Positions 9,829-21,486 are shown, counted from the first letter of the stretch. The stretch: 64,000 nucleotides of DNA from an uncultured Gammaproteobacteria bacterium (GCA_964371245.1 CAYJKP010000003.1:8986-72985), one strand, 5' to 3'. The notes: generated by a model from the letters alone, not told the origin. Numbers and translations are program-made.

Positions 9829-10495
9829 CCATATGACGATTATTATCACAAAAAACCTCAAAAAACACTATCAGCAGGGCAATAAATCAATTCGGGCAGT
9901 TGATGGCGTTGATTTGTCAATCGAATCAGAAGATTTTGCGGTGGTCGTCGGTCCGTCAGGCTGCGGTAAATCGACCTTGCTTCAGCTCATCGGCGGACTC
10001 GACCGGCCGACTGAGGGCACGATTGTCGTGAATAACGTTGATGTCACTCGGGTGAATGACCGAAAATTAACCCAGCTTCGGCGGGAATCGATTGGTTTTG
10101 TCTTTCAAAATTTCAATCTAATTCCGACCCTCACCGCCAGTGAAAACGTCGAAGCCGCCATCGCCAAACACTCTGGCAACGACCGGAAACGAGTAACGGA
10201 ACTTCTCGCCAGCGTCGGTCTGGGGCAACGGATCAATCATCTGCCGACGAAGCTCTCGGGCGGCGAGCAACAGCGCGTTGCTCTCGCGCGCGCCTTAATC
10301 AATGAACCCGCCCTGATCCTGGCTGACGAGCCAACCGGAAATCTCGATAGTGCGACCGGAGAAGAAATATTAAATCTCCTGAAAACGCTGAATCGGGAAA
10401 AGAAGAAAACGATCATGCTGATCACGCACAATGATTACGCAAAGAAATTCGCCACCACCGTCTATCACATGAAAGACGGACAGATACGACAATAA
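9821..10495 (+). CDS. ABC transporter ATP-binding protein (MacB/LolD-like)
   Basis: [38 protein letters not shown]. Confidence 0.9.
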   Translation: MNNHMTIIITKNLKKHYQQGNKSIRAVDGVDLSIESEDFAVVVGPSGCGKSTLLQLIGGLDRPTEGTIVVNNVDVTRVNDRKLTQLRRESIGFVFQNFNLIPTLTASENVEAAIAKHSGNDRKRVTELLASVGLGQRINHLPTKLSGGEQQRVALARALINEPALILADEPTGNLDSATGEEILNLLKTLNREKKKTIMLITHNDYAKKFATTVYHMKDGQIRQ

Positions 10496-10520
10496 CAACC
10501 GAATTAGAAATATATCAAAA

Positions 10521-10547
10521 GCACCGCCCTTTGAGGCGGTGCTTTTT
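10521..10547. terminator. bidirectional rho-independent terminator
   Basis: GCACCGCC-CTTTGA-GGCGGTGC hairpin followed by TTTTT, A-run on the other side; sits between convergent genes. Confidence 0.7.
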
Positions 10548-10564
10548 ATCGATGCGGTTTGTGT

Positions 10565-11650
10565 TTAACTTAGCATTTCCGGCTCTACCATGTAGTTCAA
10601 GGCCGTTTCGCGAGTAACAAATCCTTCTTTATATAATTGCCGGATATTTTGATCCATGGTGTACATGCCGAGGTCGGCGCTCGTCTGAATCACGGCTTTT
10701 ATCTGCGGGATTTTGTTTTCACGTATAAGGTTGGCAATGGCTGGCGTGTTGATCAATACTTCGCGGGCGGAAACTCGACCCATCGAAATCGGATCAAGCT
10801 TTGGGTTCCCGAGGACTCCATGTTTGGTCCGGATGCGCGGCAGAAGCTGCTGAGAGATAATTCCTTTCAAGAACAATGACAGCTGGAGCCGCACTTGGGA
10901 TTGCTGGTTTGGCGGGAAGACGTCGATAATACGATCCACGGTTTGAGCCGCATTATAGGTATGGAGGGTGGCAAAGACCAGATGGCCTGTTTCAGCCATT
11001 GTGATCGTTGTGCCGATGGTTTCGAGGTCGCGCATCTCACCCACGAGAATGACATTGGGGTCTTGCCGGACCACGTGTTTCAGGGCTTGGCCAAATGAGA
11101 GCATGTCCGTGCCAAGCTGGCGCTGCCGGATAATGCTTTTCTTCGGTTGATAGATAAACTCGATCGGATCCTCAAGTGTGATAATATTGCACCGTCGCTC
11201 GCTGTTGATGAGGTCGATCATGGCAGCCAAGGTGGTGGATTTGCCGCAGCCCGTCGGCCCGGTAACCAATATTAAACCTTGTTTTAGGCGGAGGAGTTCG
11301 TAAACAACCGGCGGGATCATTAATTGTTCCAGCGTCGGGGTGATGGAAGAGATAACGCGCGCCGCCAAACTGACGCGTTCCTTTTCCCAGTGGATATTTA
11401 CACGAAAACGGGAGACGCCCCGAATTTCATATGAAATATCCAGCTCGCGCTCACGGTTCAACACTTCCTGGGCCCTCGGGTCAAGCATGGCAAAGATCAT
11501 TTCATGCAGTTCCTCGGGAGAAATTGGATTATATCCCTCGATCTCGACCAGCTCTCCATCAACACGTAGGATGGGTGGCATATCGGCGACTAAATGGAGA
11601 TCAGACGCCTCTTTTTCAACGGCAATTTGAAGTAATTCTTTTACAGTCAT
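10565..11650 (-). CDS. pilT: type IV pilus retraction ATPase PilT
   Basis: 361 aa; Walker A GPTGCGKST; PilT/PilU-type secretion ATPase core; lacks the GspE N-domain. Confidence 0.8.
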   Translation of the reverse strand: MTVKELLQIAVEKEASDLHLVADMPPILRVDGELVEIEGYNPISPEELHEMIFAMLDPRAQEVLNRERELDISYEIRGVSRFRVNIHWEKERVSLAARVISSITPTLEQLMIPPVVYELLRLKQGLILVTGPTGCGKSTTLAAMIDLINSERRCNIITLEDPIEFIYQPKKSIIRQRQLGTDMLSFGQALKHVVRQDPNVILVGEMRDLETIGTTITMAETGHLVFATLHTYNAAQTVDRIIDVFPPNQQSQVRLQLSLFLKGIISQQLLPRIRTKHGVLGNPKLDPISMGRVSAREVLINTPAIANLIRENKIPQIKAVIQTSADLGMYTMDQNIRQLYKEGFVTRETALNYMVEPEMLS

Positions 11651-11975
11651 AATGAAAAAAGTTAGGCCGGCCTAACTCAAATCTTTACCTTATATTAGCC
11701 AAATAATGTCTTTTGATTTGAGTTACGGTCGTTTTGTTATTACTAATATTATTCTATCATAAGCAAATATATTTGTCAAGTTGTTCTTTTTTTTGTGTTC
11801 CATAATGTACCGTTGGAAATTTTTGACAAATGCTAACATTAGTGCTAAAATCCATGGTGACAATTTATTAAAAATCTTTTTCGAAAAGCTAAATTATTTA
11901 GCTAATTTTGGCACTTTTTGTGGTTTTAGGTATTATTGTGGATAAATATCCAGAAAGATTACTAAAAAATAAAAA

Positions 11976-14900
11976 TTGAAGAGCGGAAAGAGATCGCATC
12001 TCCTCAAAAAAACTAGAGTAACCGCAACACAGCGCACGACGCGGAAGAAGGTTTTAATATCACGAAAACAAGGTTGGAAGCAGTTGCATTCAGGGCAGCG
12101 ACTCCAAAAGGCTTTTGCCGGGGTCGCTGTTTTTGTACTCCTTGGTCTGGTCGTTTTCCTCGGCTGGAAAATGCTGCTCGTCCAAGCGGCCAGCGACACA
12201 GTTACATTAAATACCCGGGCGCAATGGGAAGCTGGTGAATTTTATCCCAACACAATCGACACAAAATCAACCGCCGACAGCCTGAAAATCCAATCCGGTT
12301 ATGTTGGCGACTGGGACAAAGGTACTCCTGGTTTCTATACCGATACGGCCGGATATGATTATTGGACCTATGACGGCGCTTCATACGGCGCGGACATGAC
12401 TACGGACGGCACTTATATTTACATGATTCCAGGCAACCGTCGGCCGTATCTTATCCGCTACAATCCCGAACTAAACACCTGGAAACAGCTGGCTAATGCG
12501 CCGACGGCTTTCTTTTACGGCGGTTCGATTGCCTACGACGCTTCCACCAAATCCATCTTCGCCATCGACGGCGGCGAACAGGTGGAAACCGGTACCGCCG
12601 GCAAACACATGTACAAATACGACATCGCGGCTGATGCCTGGAGCCGGGTCACTGATGCACCCGATGCTTGGGGATTGGGTTCTTCGATTGTCGCCGACGG
12701 GAACGGAACAATTTACGCTGTCCGCGGACGAAGTACGGACTCGCTCTGGGCATATGACATTAGCGAAGACGAGTGGGACGTTACTTTGCCAGCCCTGCCG
12801 ACGCCATATTTCGTTTATACGACCAATGGCCAGCCGCTGGAATATGTGAATGAACCGTATTCCGACGGCAACGGCGATCATTGCCTTTCTGGGTGTCTCT
12901 TTACGTTATATGGAAATAATAATCGGCAATTTTTCCGGTATGATATCGCCGAACGCCAATGGTATTACAATTCGCCGACCGATCTGACTATCCCGGCGGC
13001 CCTCGGTGGTGTCGGATACGGATCTTCGTTTGCCTACGATTCGACCAACGGAAATCTCTATTTACTGCACGGCAATCAGACCGCTTATTTTTCCAAATAT
13101 GACGTATCGGCATCGGATTGGGATGATGCCGCAGCCGATACCGCCGAAGCGCCCGGACCGGTGTACAACGGCGGAGTGGCCCTATATCTGGATGGATACG
13201 TTTACGCCCTCAAGGGTTATGGCGTACCTGATATGTGGCGCTACAAAGCTGATGACCCGGGCGGCAATGCCTGGGAGTCGATCTCTACTCCGGTCGCCAC
13301 CGGCAATGCCGGCGAAAACGGCCACATGGTGTTGGTTGATACGGATGCGAAGTGCGGCGGCGATGCTCCCTGTCTGTATATGCTCCGCGGCGCCAACACG
13401 AACACGTTCTGGATGTACACAGTCGACACAAAAACTTGGACCACCAATCTCAGCACTACAAACCTGGGCACGCTTCAGGCCGGGTCGTCGATGTGTTGGG
13501 ACGGGGATAATACGCTCTTTGTCCTGCGTGGCAACAATACTCTGAACTTTTACAGCTATAGTATTAGCGGCAACGCCTGGACCGCCCTGACCGATATTCC
13601 GAGTGACCATAGCGGGCCGGGCGACTACCCGGCTGGCGCCCAGACCGCTTATTACGGTGGCGGCCTGACCTGCGTCGGCACGACTGTCTATGCCATGAAG
13701 GGCGGCGCGAACGCCAATGGCTCAAACCATTTCTTCAAGTATTCAGCCGGCGCCTGGACACACCTGACTGTTCTGCCGCAGCGCGCCTATACCGGCGCCA
13801 AGCTGATCGGCGTTCCATATGATGCCGCCCACACCGAATACTGCGCCGACACGAACGGCTGCGTGTTCGCGCTAATGGGCAACCAGCGCGGTGATTTTTA
13901 CCGGTACGACGCCACGGCCAATGCCTGGACTATCCGTACCAGCCTGCCCACTGCAACCATCTACACCGCCTCCAGCGTCTATGATGAGAGCGGCCAGATC
14001 TATACCCTGTCATCCGACTACGACACGAGGATGTGGCGGTATGACATCGTGACCGATGTCTGGACCCGAACGGCTGATTTTCCGATGCGCAACGGATACA
14101 ACACTGCCATGGCTTATGACGCCGCGAACAACATTCTTTACGCCCAATTTGGCATGGCCACTTACCAAATTGCACGTTTTACTCCATCAAATGACAATTA
14201 TATATCATCCGCCACCTGGATCTCCGCGACCCAGGATCTCGACTATGTCTCAGCTTGGGAACAACTCACGGCCACACACGCAACCCCGGGCGGGTCGAGC
14301 GTTTCATTCGCCCTCCGCTCGAGTACGGACGAAGTGACCTGGTCGGATTGGGAAACGGTCGTGGACGGCGCGACCGGGGAATCAACCACCCAGGATCTGT
14401 CAGCTATTGCTACCACCGAGGCTCGGTATATCCAAATCAAAGTGACACTTACCTCTGACGGCACAAACACGCCGACCGTGAGCGACCTAGCTGCCACCTA
14501 TACAAAAGACGGAACCGCACCCTCAAATCCAACCATCACCGGCTACACGGACAGTTCGAAAGCAACCGGTATTACGAGCGGCACCACCTATTACTATACC
14601 AATCCATATTTTGAACTCTCGGGCGCCGCTGACGCGCATTCCGGCGTCGCCGGGTACTATGTGCGATGGTCAACCGAAGGTGACGATGATCCGGCGGCAA
14701 GCGAAGATTATTACCAAACCGGCGCTACCTTCGAAGTAAATACCGAGCTGACACCCGAGGAAACATATTACCTGCTGGTAAAAACCAAGGATAACGCCGG
14801 CAACGTATCGGCTGCTTCAGCCAGCTTCACGTATATATATTTCGGGATCCTCATTGCCGATGAAACACGGCAGATCTGGACGGCTGAAGCTGACTTTGAA

Positions 14901-17900
14901 ACACCCGGAACAACTGAGACAAACATCAATACTGAGGCCGGAACCGGAACATCAATGACGCTTGACGGGGTATCGCCGGGCACCTGGATGGATCTGCCGG
15001 CCACATATGGCATTGCGCCAGACAACCTGACCGCATACAATGATACCTCTATGACATATGACGGTGATGATACGATCTACGTGCTGCGGGCGGTAAATAG
15101 CAAGAAATTCTATTCCTATACGATCTCAAGTAAAACGTGGACAAATTTAACAGACATCGCCAGTACAAATAACGCCTATTACGGTGCCGTAATAGAGTAC
15201 GCCAGTGGTGCCGCGTATTGCCGAGATGATGACGACGATGTGACTGGAACAACAAAATGCGTTTATGCTTTACCCGGATCGAGTGTTAATCCGCCTTCCG
15301 GTGATACGTCGAAAGAATTCCTGCGGTATGATATCGACGGTACCGATGCGAATTCCTGGACCAGCCGGGCAGCTATTTCAGGTACTCTTTTATACGGTGC
15401 TGGCCTGGTCTGGAACGGCGGCGATTATCTGTTTGCCGAACGCGGATACAATCAGTCAAATTTTTACCGCTACAGCATCTCAACCAATACCTGGTCTGAC
15501 CGTGCCACACCGGATAACGCTTTTTATTACGGGTCCACGCTTGCTTTCGTACCGAACGGAACATACTGCGCTGACAGCCAGGGGTGCATTTTTGCCACCC
15601 GCGGCGCGGGTTCAGACCATTTCTGGCGATATGACGTCAACGCTAACTCATGGAGCTATCTGACCGCACCGCCCAACGCTTCAAGTTCAAAAGGGAATTA
15701 CGGCGCCACTTCCGTTTATCATGATGGCTATATTTATTTATCCGGCGGATACGCGGCCACTGACTTCATGAAATACAATATTTTGACTGATACGTGGACG
15801 CTGCTGGCCGATCTACCAGCCACTCATTATTTCGGATCGACTGGTGGTATGAGTTATTGCAGCGATACTGACACAATTTACATGCTGCGCGGCTACAGTG
15901 AATATAGTTTTTTCAGTTATGATGCGGTGAATGATAAATGGCGCAATCCGACCCTGCCACACGGCATGAGCTCGGCTGGTTTTAACTATGGCGGCCTTAC
16001 CCATGACAACGACGACACGCTCTATGTGGCACGCGGCGGGAATAACAACGACTTTTACCAATACACCGTCTCCACCCAAACCTGGAAACGACTGGCCAAT
16101 GTGCCGATGCGGATGTACTACACCTCGGACCTTGTGTATGTCGACGGATATGTCTACGCCCTAACGGGAACACCGCCCTACGCCGAGGGTGTGTCGCGCT
16201 TTTATCGCTATGATCCGACAACCGATTTATGGACGAGACTGAACGATACGCCAGCCACGGTCGGGTATGGAACAAGGCTCGTCTACGACGGTGATCATAC
16301 TATTTATACGGCGAGGGGTGCCGGTACAACAACCTATTATTCTTATGATCTTGACAATCCGGGCTGGTCGACACAGGCATCGACCGTGCCAGGTACGCTC
16401 ACCAACGGCGCCTGTGCCGTCATGACCGAAATCAGCGGCACAAAATATATTTACCAGATACGCTCGTCCAATACCTTAAACGTCTATCGTTGCACGCTCG
16501 ATCCTGATGAAGGGACGTGTACCTGGACAGCGCAGGGTCAGCCTGGCGACCCAACCGATGCGCCGGCCGGAACCGGGAGCATTAATGTCTATTATGGCGC
16601 CGCCTGTACGGTTAGCGACGGCAACATTTTTGTCCCGCGCGGCAATACGAATAATCTTGATTTCCTGGTGTATAACATCACCGGCGACTCCTGGACCACG
16701 CGATCGCTGAATAGTTTTTACTACGATGGCCGGATGGTGACCGGACCCGATGATATTCTGTATGGTTTTCGGGGTTACAATACCTCATCACTGGAACGAT
16801 ACGTTCAACAATCAGACACGACCAGTTTCGAACGCGTCGGCACCTGGACCTCGCAAATCATCGATGCTGGAAATATCTATGGTTTCAGCGGACTGACCGT
16901 CAATGATTCGACGGAAACAAATACCGCTCTGAAATACGAAACCCGAACCTGCGCTGACGCCGACTGCGCTGACGATGCCGACGATGAACACTGGTCTGAC
17001 TGGGACGAAGCGTCAAACGAAAAAACTGTAGGCTCGACCGACTACTATGCGGTTGATTCGACGCCGGCTCAGTATATCCAGGTAAAGATCACCTTTACCT
17101 CAGACCGCATTTACACCCCAACCCTCAACGACCTCACTCTAAGCTATTACTCAGACGGTGAAGCGCCGACAAACCCCGATAGTCTGACCGCAAAATCTCA
17201 AGCGGCGGGCGGGGTGGATATCACCACCGGCAATTGGTACGGCCATGCCGCGCCATACTTCTCGTGGTCTGGCGCGGCCGACAATGCCGGCGGTATCGGC
17301 ATCAAAGGCTATTGCGTGTATTTTGGCACGGACGACGACGCTGATCCGGCCGACGGCTGTACGCCCCAGACCGCTGCCACCTATACCGCCTCGGGTCTCG
17401 AAACCGGCCAGACGTATTATCTCCGCCTCAAGACCGTCGACCACATGGACAATACGACTGACGATATCTGGGCGCCCTTTACCTATAGTTATGACAGTGT
17501 TGCTCCGTCACGTCCGACGAACCTCCAGGCCAGCCCAGCCGTCCCCTCGGCCACCAACAGTTTCAATTTTACCTGGACCGCGGCCTCAGACTCCGGCGGC
17601 TCGCCCGCTTTTGAATATTGTTATCGACGCTACGTCAGCGAGGACGTGAAAGACGCCAACGACACATGCATTGCCAGCACAAATACCTCGCTGGCTGGCA
17701 TCGAAGCGCTCCAGGAGGGAACCAACTATCTGCAAATTCGTTCGAAGGATACGGCTAATAATTACTCAAACAACGGGGAATATGAGTCCGTCGCCTTCCG
17801 CTGGGCCCAGACCCCGCCGACGCTGCCCCAAAACGTCGAACACGGCGCTGTCGAGGGCGATGCCTATTCACACACTTTTGCCTGGGCAGAACCCGCCGAG

Positions 17901-20600
17901 CATGCTTTTGACATCAGTGCCTACTGCTATCAAATAAATGAGATACCGACCGCCAGTTATTGCAATAATAGCACCTATGGCCGCTGGACCACCTCGATCG
18001 AAACCAGCGCTCGTTTCTTAGCGGCTTTCCGCACGCCCAATACGCAGCCCGGCACGAATTATTTCTATATCGTCGCAAAAGACGAGGCCGGACTGGTTGA
18101 TTGGAACGCGACCTTTGACTGCGAGACTGGGCTGGGCTGCCTGGCATTTGAATCGGACACCATCTCGCCGAATACGCCACAGAGTTTTTCCCTCTCTGAC
18201 GCGTCAAATCGGGACGCCGAAAGCTATCGTTTGACGCTCGGCTGGACAAAGCCGGCGGATAACGAGGGCTCGGTCCTCTACAAATATAACATCTATCGCT
18301 CGACGGACGACGTCACCTATAGCCTCCGTGAAAGCATTCTCCATGTCGACGGTCAGGACGAGTACGCCTACACCGATGTCAGCCTCGACAATACGACCAC
18401 TTATTATTATAAAGTGACGGCGGCTGATTTAGCTGGGGCTGAATCTGATTATACGACCACCCTGTCACAGAAGCCGGAAGGAAAATACACCGAACCGCCC
18501 GACCTCGTCGGCAATCCATCAATTCAGCCGCGAATCCGTTCAGCCCTGATCGAATGGCTGACCGAGCCGTCAACCCACCCAGCCAGTTCGTTCGTCCAAT
18601 ACGGAACGACCACCGAGTACGGGGGCGAGCAAGGATCGTCCGATCTTGTCTCCAGCCATTCGGTGACGATTATCGATCTCGAGCCGGCAACAACGTATCA
18701 TTTTCGGCTGAAATGGGTCGACCAAGATGGTAATGTCGGCTATTCACCCGACTACACCTTTACCACGAACGATGCGCCGTCGCCACCGATCAATCTCACT
18801 GTTGATCCCGAATCAAACACGACAAATCGGTTTACTTTCGATTGGGATCCGCCAACTGACGAAGGCGTGACCATCAGCGGGTATTTCTATAGCATTAACA
18901 ATATTCCAACGGAAGAGAATACGAGCTTTGTTAGCGACTCGACCGTCGGTCCGATCGCAGCCGCCACTCAACAGGGCGTGAATACGTTCTACGTGATTGC
19001 CGTCGATGACGCCGGCAATACCAGCTACAGCAACTACGCCTCGACCGAGTTTGAAGTACACACCGCCGCGCCGGATCAACCACGTAACATCACAATTGTT
19101 GATTCCTCAGACCGGAATGCGCAGCGATATAATATCACGCTTACCTGGGATCCACCCCTGACCGCCGCCAGCGCAGACGAAGAAACCACTATCTACTATA
19201 CGATTTACCGCTCTGGAAACGGCGGCCGCTATTCCGAGATTGCTCGGGTCACGTCGACTGGCTATCTCGACACCGGATTAGACAATAGTGTCACTTATTC
19301 CTATAAAATTGTTGCTTCAGACAAGGCTGGCGCGACTTCAAAAGCCACCAATCCGGTGTCCGAAATACCCGAGGGCCGCTACACGGAACCGCCGGAGATT
19401 ACAAAAGATCCTGTTGCCGCCCCGGATTCCTATAGCGCCATCATTAGTTGGCGGACAGATCGTATTGCCTCTTCTTTTGTAGAATTTGGCCTGACGGAAA
19501 AACTCGGCGAGGAACAAGGTACTGCTGAGCAACTCGTCGACCACGATGTAACCGTTACCGGCCTGAAGCCGCTCACAAAATACTATTTTCGAATAAAAAG
19601 CATTGACGTCGACGAAAACGCCGCCTATTCAGAAACTGAATCGTTCACAACTCTTGAGGCGCCGCGCGTGGCTGAAGTCGTTATTACTGACGTTCGTCTT
19701 TTCGACGCCGTGATCACCTGGAAGACAAACAAAGAAACAACCACAATTATTGATTATGGAACGACGACGGACTACGGCCAAACCTATACCGATACCGGCG
19801 GTTCTTATACTTTCACCCACACCGTGAAGCTCGAACGGCTGACCGACGGCACCACCTACCACCTCCGGATGGCCGGTACGGATTCAAATAGTAATCCCGT
19901 CCAGTCCGACGATTACAGTTTTGCCACCCTGACGTTCCCGAAGATATCTGACGTCAGTTTCCAGAACAAGGCCGAGGGTGAGACCGAGGTTACCTGGAAG
20001 ACAAACGTACCGACCACCTCGACCGTCGAATATTGGGGCGATGTTATTCCTCCAAAAACACAGGGAAATACCGCGCTCGTTACCGAACACTCCGTCCTGC
20101 TCTTCGGTCTCGAGGACGCCACGGTCTACCAGGTGAAAATTCACGGCACCGACCAATTCAGCTATGAGGCGTTGAGTAACCAGCTCACCTTTACCACCCT
20201 TGAAGATACGACTCCGCCGATCATATCAAATGTTAAATCTGAATCAAACACCATCGGTTCGGGTGAAGCGTCAACGATTCAGATTGTTATTTCCTGGGTA
20301 ACCAACGAGAAATGCACTTCCAAAGTCGAATACGGAGAAGGGTTCTCTGACGCCTACAGCGGCGCCACGGATGAAAACGCCGAGCTCGTTTCTGAACATC
20401 TCATGGTCGTGACGAAACTGGCGCCGGCCCGGACGTACCATTTTCGGGTGGTTTCAACGGATAAGGCGGGGAACGAATCGAAGTCCGACGCTTATTCCGT
20501 CTTAACTTCCGTTAAGCGCCCTTCATTCCTCACTCAAATAGTTGATAATCTGGCGCAAACCTTCTCCTGGATAGGAAATATCGCTGATGTTTTCCGTTAA
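11976..20600 (+). CDS. giant cell-surface protein (2874 aa): N-terminal membrane anchor, many Kelch-type propeller blades, jelly-roll modules, FN3 and PAP-N-like FN3 tandem repeats
   Basis: TTG start; hydrophobic anchor AFAGVAVFVLLGLVVFLGW; >20 repeats of the Kelch pattern FxRYDxxxxxWT...P; two copies of a module ending AxYIQxKxTxTSDxxxTPTxxDL; FN3-like segments; five C-terminal YGTTTEYG...TYHFRL repeats. Confidence 0.8.
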   Translation: MKSGKRSHLLKKTRVTATQRTTRKKVLISRKQGWKQLHSGQRLQKAFAGVAVFVLLGLVVFLGWKMLLVQAASDTVTLNTRAQWEAGEFYPNTIDTKSTADSLKIQSGYVGDWDKGTPGFYTDTAGYDYWTYDGASYGADMTTDGTYIYMIPGNRRPYLIRYNPELNTWKQLANAPTAFFYGGSIAYDASTKSIFAIDGGEQVETGTAGKHMYKYDIAADAWSRVTDAPDAWGLGSSIVADGNGTIYAVRGRSTDSLWAYDISEDEWDVTLPALPTPYFVYTTNGQPLEYVNEPYSDGNGDHCLSGCLFTLYGNNNRQFFRYDIAERQWYYNSPTDLTIPAALGGVGYGSSFAYDSTNGNLYLLHGNQTAYFSKYDVSASDWDDAAADTAEAPGPVYNGGVALYLDGYVYALKGYGVPDMWRYKADDPGGNAWESISTPVATGNAGENGHMVLVDTDAKCGGDAPCLYMLRGANTNTFWMYTVDTKTWTTNLSTTNLGTLQAGSSMCWDGDNTLFVLRGNNTLNFYSYSISGNAWTALTDIPSDHSGPGDYPAGAQTAYYGGGLTCVGTTVYAMKGGANANGSNHFFKYSAGAWTHLTVLPQRAYTGAKLIGVPYDAAHTEYCADTNGCVFALMGNQRGDFYRYDATANAWTIRTSLPTATIYTASSVYDESGQIYTLSSDYDTRMWRYDIVTDVWTRTADFPMRNGYNTAMAYDAANNILYAQFGMATYQIARFTPSNDNYISSATWISATQDLDYVSAWEQLTATHATPGGSSVSFALRSSTDEVTWSDWETVVDGATGESTTQDLSAIATTEARYIQIKVTLTSDGTNTPTVSDLAATYTKDGTAPSNPTITGYTDSSKATGITSGTTYYYTNPYFELSGAADAHSGVAGYYVRWSTEGDDDPAASEDYYQTGATFEVNTELTPEETYYLLVKTKDNAGNVSAASASFTYIYFGILIADETRQIWTAEADFETPGTTETNINTEAGTGTSMTLDGVSPGTWMDLPATYGIAPDNLTAYNDTSMTYDGDDTIYVLRAVNSKKFYSYTISSKTWTNLTDIASTNNAYYGAVIEYASGAAYCRDDDDDVTGTTKCVYALPGSSVNPPSGDTSKEFLRYDIDGTDANSWTSRAAISGTLLYGAGLVWNGGDYLFAERGYNQSNFYRYSISTNTWSDRATPDNAFYYGSTLAFVPNGTYCADSQGCIFATRGAGSDHFWRYDVNANSWSYLTAPPNASSSKGNYGATSVYHDGYIYLSGGYAATDFMKYNILTDTWTLLADLPATHYFGSTGGMSYCSDTDTIYMLRGYSEYSFFSYDAVNDKWRNPTLPHGMSSAGFNYGGLTHDNDDTLYVARGGNNNDFYQYTVSTQTWKRLANVPMRMYYTSDLVYVDGYVYALTGTPPYAEGVSRFYRYDPTTDLWTRLNDTPATVGYGTRLVYDGDHTIYTARGAGTTTYYSYDLDNPGWSTQASTVPGTLTNGACAVMTEISGTKYIYQIRSSNTLNVYRCTLDPDEGTCTWTAQGQPGDPTDAPAGTGSINVYYGAACTVSDGNIFVPRGNTNNLDFLVYNITGDSWTTRSLNSFYYDGRMVTGPDDILYGFRGYNTSSLERYVQQSDTTSFERVGTWTSQIIDAGNIYGFSGLTVNDSTETNTALKYETRTCADADCADDADDEHWSDWDEASNEKTVGSTDYYAVDSTPAQYIQVKITFTSDRIYTPTLNDLTLSYYSDGEAPTNPDSLTAKSQAAGGVDITTGNWYGHAAPYFSWSGAADNAGGIGIKGYCVYFGTDDDADPADGCTPQTAATYTASGLETGQTYYLRLKTVDHMDNTTDDIWAPFTYSYDSVAPSRPTNLQASPAVPSATNSFNFTWTAASDSGGSPAFEYCYRRYVSEDVKDANDTCIASTNTSLAGIEALQEGTNYLQIRSKDTANNYSNNGEYESVAFRWAQTPPTLPQNVEHGAVEGDAYSHTFAWAEPAEHAFDISAYCYQINEIPTASYCNNSTYGRWTTSIETSARFLAAFRTPNTQPGTNYFYIVAKDEAGLVDWNATFDCETGLGCLAFESDTISPNTPQSFSLSDASNRDAESYRLTLGWTKPADNEGSVLYKYNIYRSTDDVTYSLRESILHVDGQDEYAYTDVSLDNTTTYYYKVTAADLAGAESDYTTTLSQKPEGKYTEPPDLVGNPSIQPRIRSALIEWLTEPSTHPASSFVQYGTTTEYGGEQGSSDLVSSHSVTIIDLEPATTYHFRLKWVDQDGNVGYSPDYTFTTNDAPSPPINLTVDPESNTTNRFTFDWDPPTDEGVTISGYFYSINNIPTEENTSFVSDSTVGPIAAATQQGVNTFYVIAVDDAGNTSYSNYASTEFEVHTAAPDQPRNITIVDSSDRNAQRYNITLTWDPPLTAASADEETTIYYTIYRSGNGGRYSEIARVTSTGYLDTGLDNSVTYSYKIVASDKAGATSKATNPVSEIPEGRYTEPPEITKDPVAAPDSYSAIISWRTDRIASSFVEFGLTEKLGEEQGTAEQLVDHDVTVTGLKPLTKYYFRIKSIDVDENAAYSETESFTTLEAPRVAEVVITDVRLFDAVITWKTNKETTTIIDYGTTTDYGQTYTDTGGSYTFTHTVKLERLTDGTTYHLRMAGTDSNSNPVQSDDYSFATLTFPKISDVSFQNKAEGETEVTWKTNVPTTSTVEYWGDVIPPKTQGNTALVTEHSVLLFGLEDATVYQVKIHGTDQFSYEALSNQLTFTTLEDTTPPIISNVKSESNTIGSGEASTIQIVISWVTNEKCTSKVEYGEGFSDAYSGATDENAELVSEHLMVVTKLAPARTYHFRVVSTDKAGNESKSDAYSVLTSVKRPSFLTQIVDNLAQTFSWIGNIADVFR

Positions 20601-20650
20601 TACTCAGGTGTTAAATAATAATGGTATAATACAGACGGTTCCATCATCCT

Positions 20651-21484
20651 TTGCCATGTCGCTTTATGCCCGAACTTGCCACATCAACGCCAGTCGCTAA
20701 ACCCGAATCCGCGCCCGTCGCTTCAGAGGACAAAGTCGCTTTGAGCGACCTTGGCGGTGACTCCGGCGAATCGCTGGCCGATCAATCATCGTTTAAAAAA
20801 CCGATCATTAAGCTCGAAAACGTAACCAAGAGCTTTCGGGTCGGCAACGAGTGGGTAAAAATCATAAAAAATATCAGCCTGGAAATTTTTCCGCGGGAGT
20901 TTGTTGTCATCCTCGGCCCGTCGGGCTGCGGCAAATCGACTCTCTTAAACACCCTCCTGGGCCTCGAGAAGCCGACCTCGGGAAAAGTCATCGTCCGCGG
21001 CCACGACATTACCAACTACAGCCTTGACCAGCTGGCTCAGTTCCGTTTAAAGAAGTATGGCGTCGTCTACCAGCGCCCGGATTGGATACGCTCGATGAAT
21101 GTCATTGAGAATGTGGCCCTACCTCTGGCGATTACCGATATTCCTCGAAAATACCGCCTGGCGCGTGCGATGGAGCTTCTCCGCAAGCTGAAAATCGACC
21201 ACCGCGCCTACTATAACCCGACTGAACTGTCCGGCGGGCAGCAGCAGCGCGCCGTCATTGCCCGTGCGCTGATCAATAATCCCTGGATTGTCGTGACTGA
21301 CGAGCCAACCGGAAATCTCGATAGCGAATCGGCCGAAAACGTGATTAGTATTTTTAAATCGTTAAACGAAGATTCAAAACGGACGATCATTATGGTTACG
21401 CATAATATTGAATACGTCCATGTCGCTTCCCGGACAATCTACATGCGCGACGGTGAAATCCTGAATCAGAAAATTAATATCTAA
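20651..21484 (+). CDS. ABC transporter ATP-binding protein (FtsE/MacB-like) with acidic N-terminal extension
   Basis: [37 protein letters not shown]; ~45-aa low-complexity N-terminus. Confidence 0.85.
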   Translation: MPCRFMPELATSTPVAKPESAPVASEDKVALSDLGGDSGESLADQSSFKKPIIKLENVTKSFRVGNEWVKIIKNISLEIFPREFVVILGPSGCGKSTLLNTLLGLEKPTSGKVIVRGHDITNYSLDQLAQFRLKKYGVVYQRPDWIRSMNVIENVALPLAITDIPRKYRLARAMELLRKLKIDHRAYYNPTELSGGQQQRAVIARALINNPWIVVTDEPTGNLDSESAENVISIFKSLNEDSKRTIIMVTHNIEYVHVASRTIYMRDGEILNQKINI

Positions 21485-21486
21485 CC

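Noticed and set aside
11933-12199. 88-aa minus-strand ORF overlapping the start of the giant gene
   Set aside because: It spans the AT-rich promoter region and the anchor-encoding 5' end of the giant gene. There is no support beyond being open.
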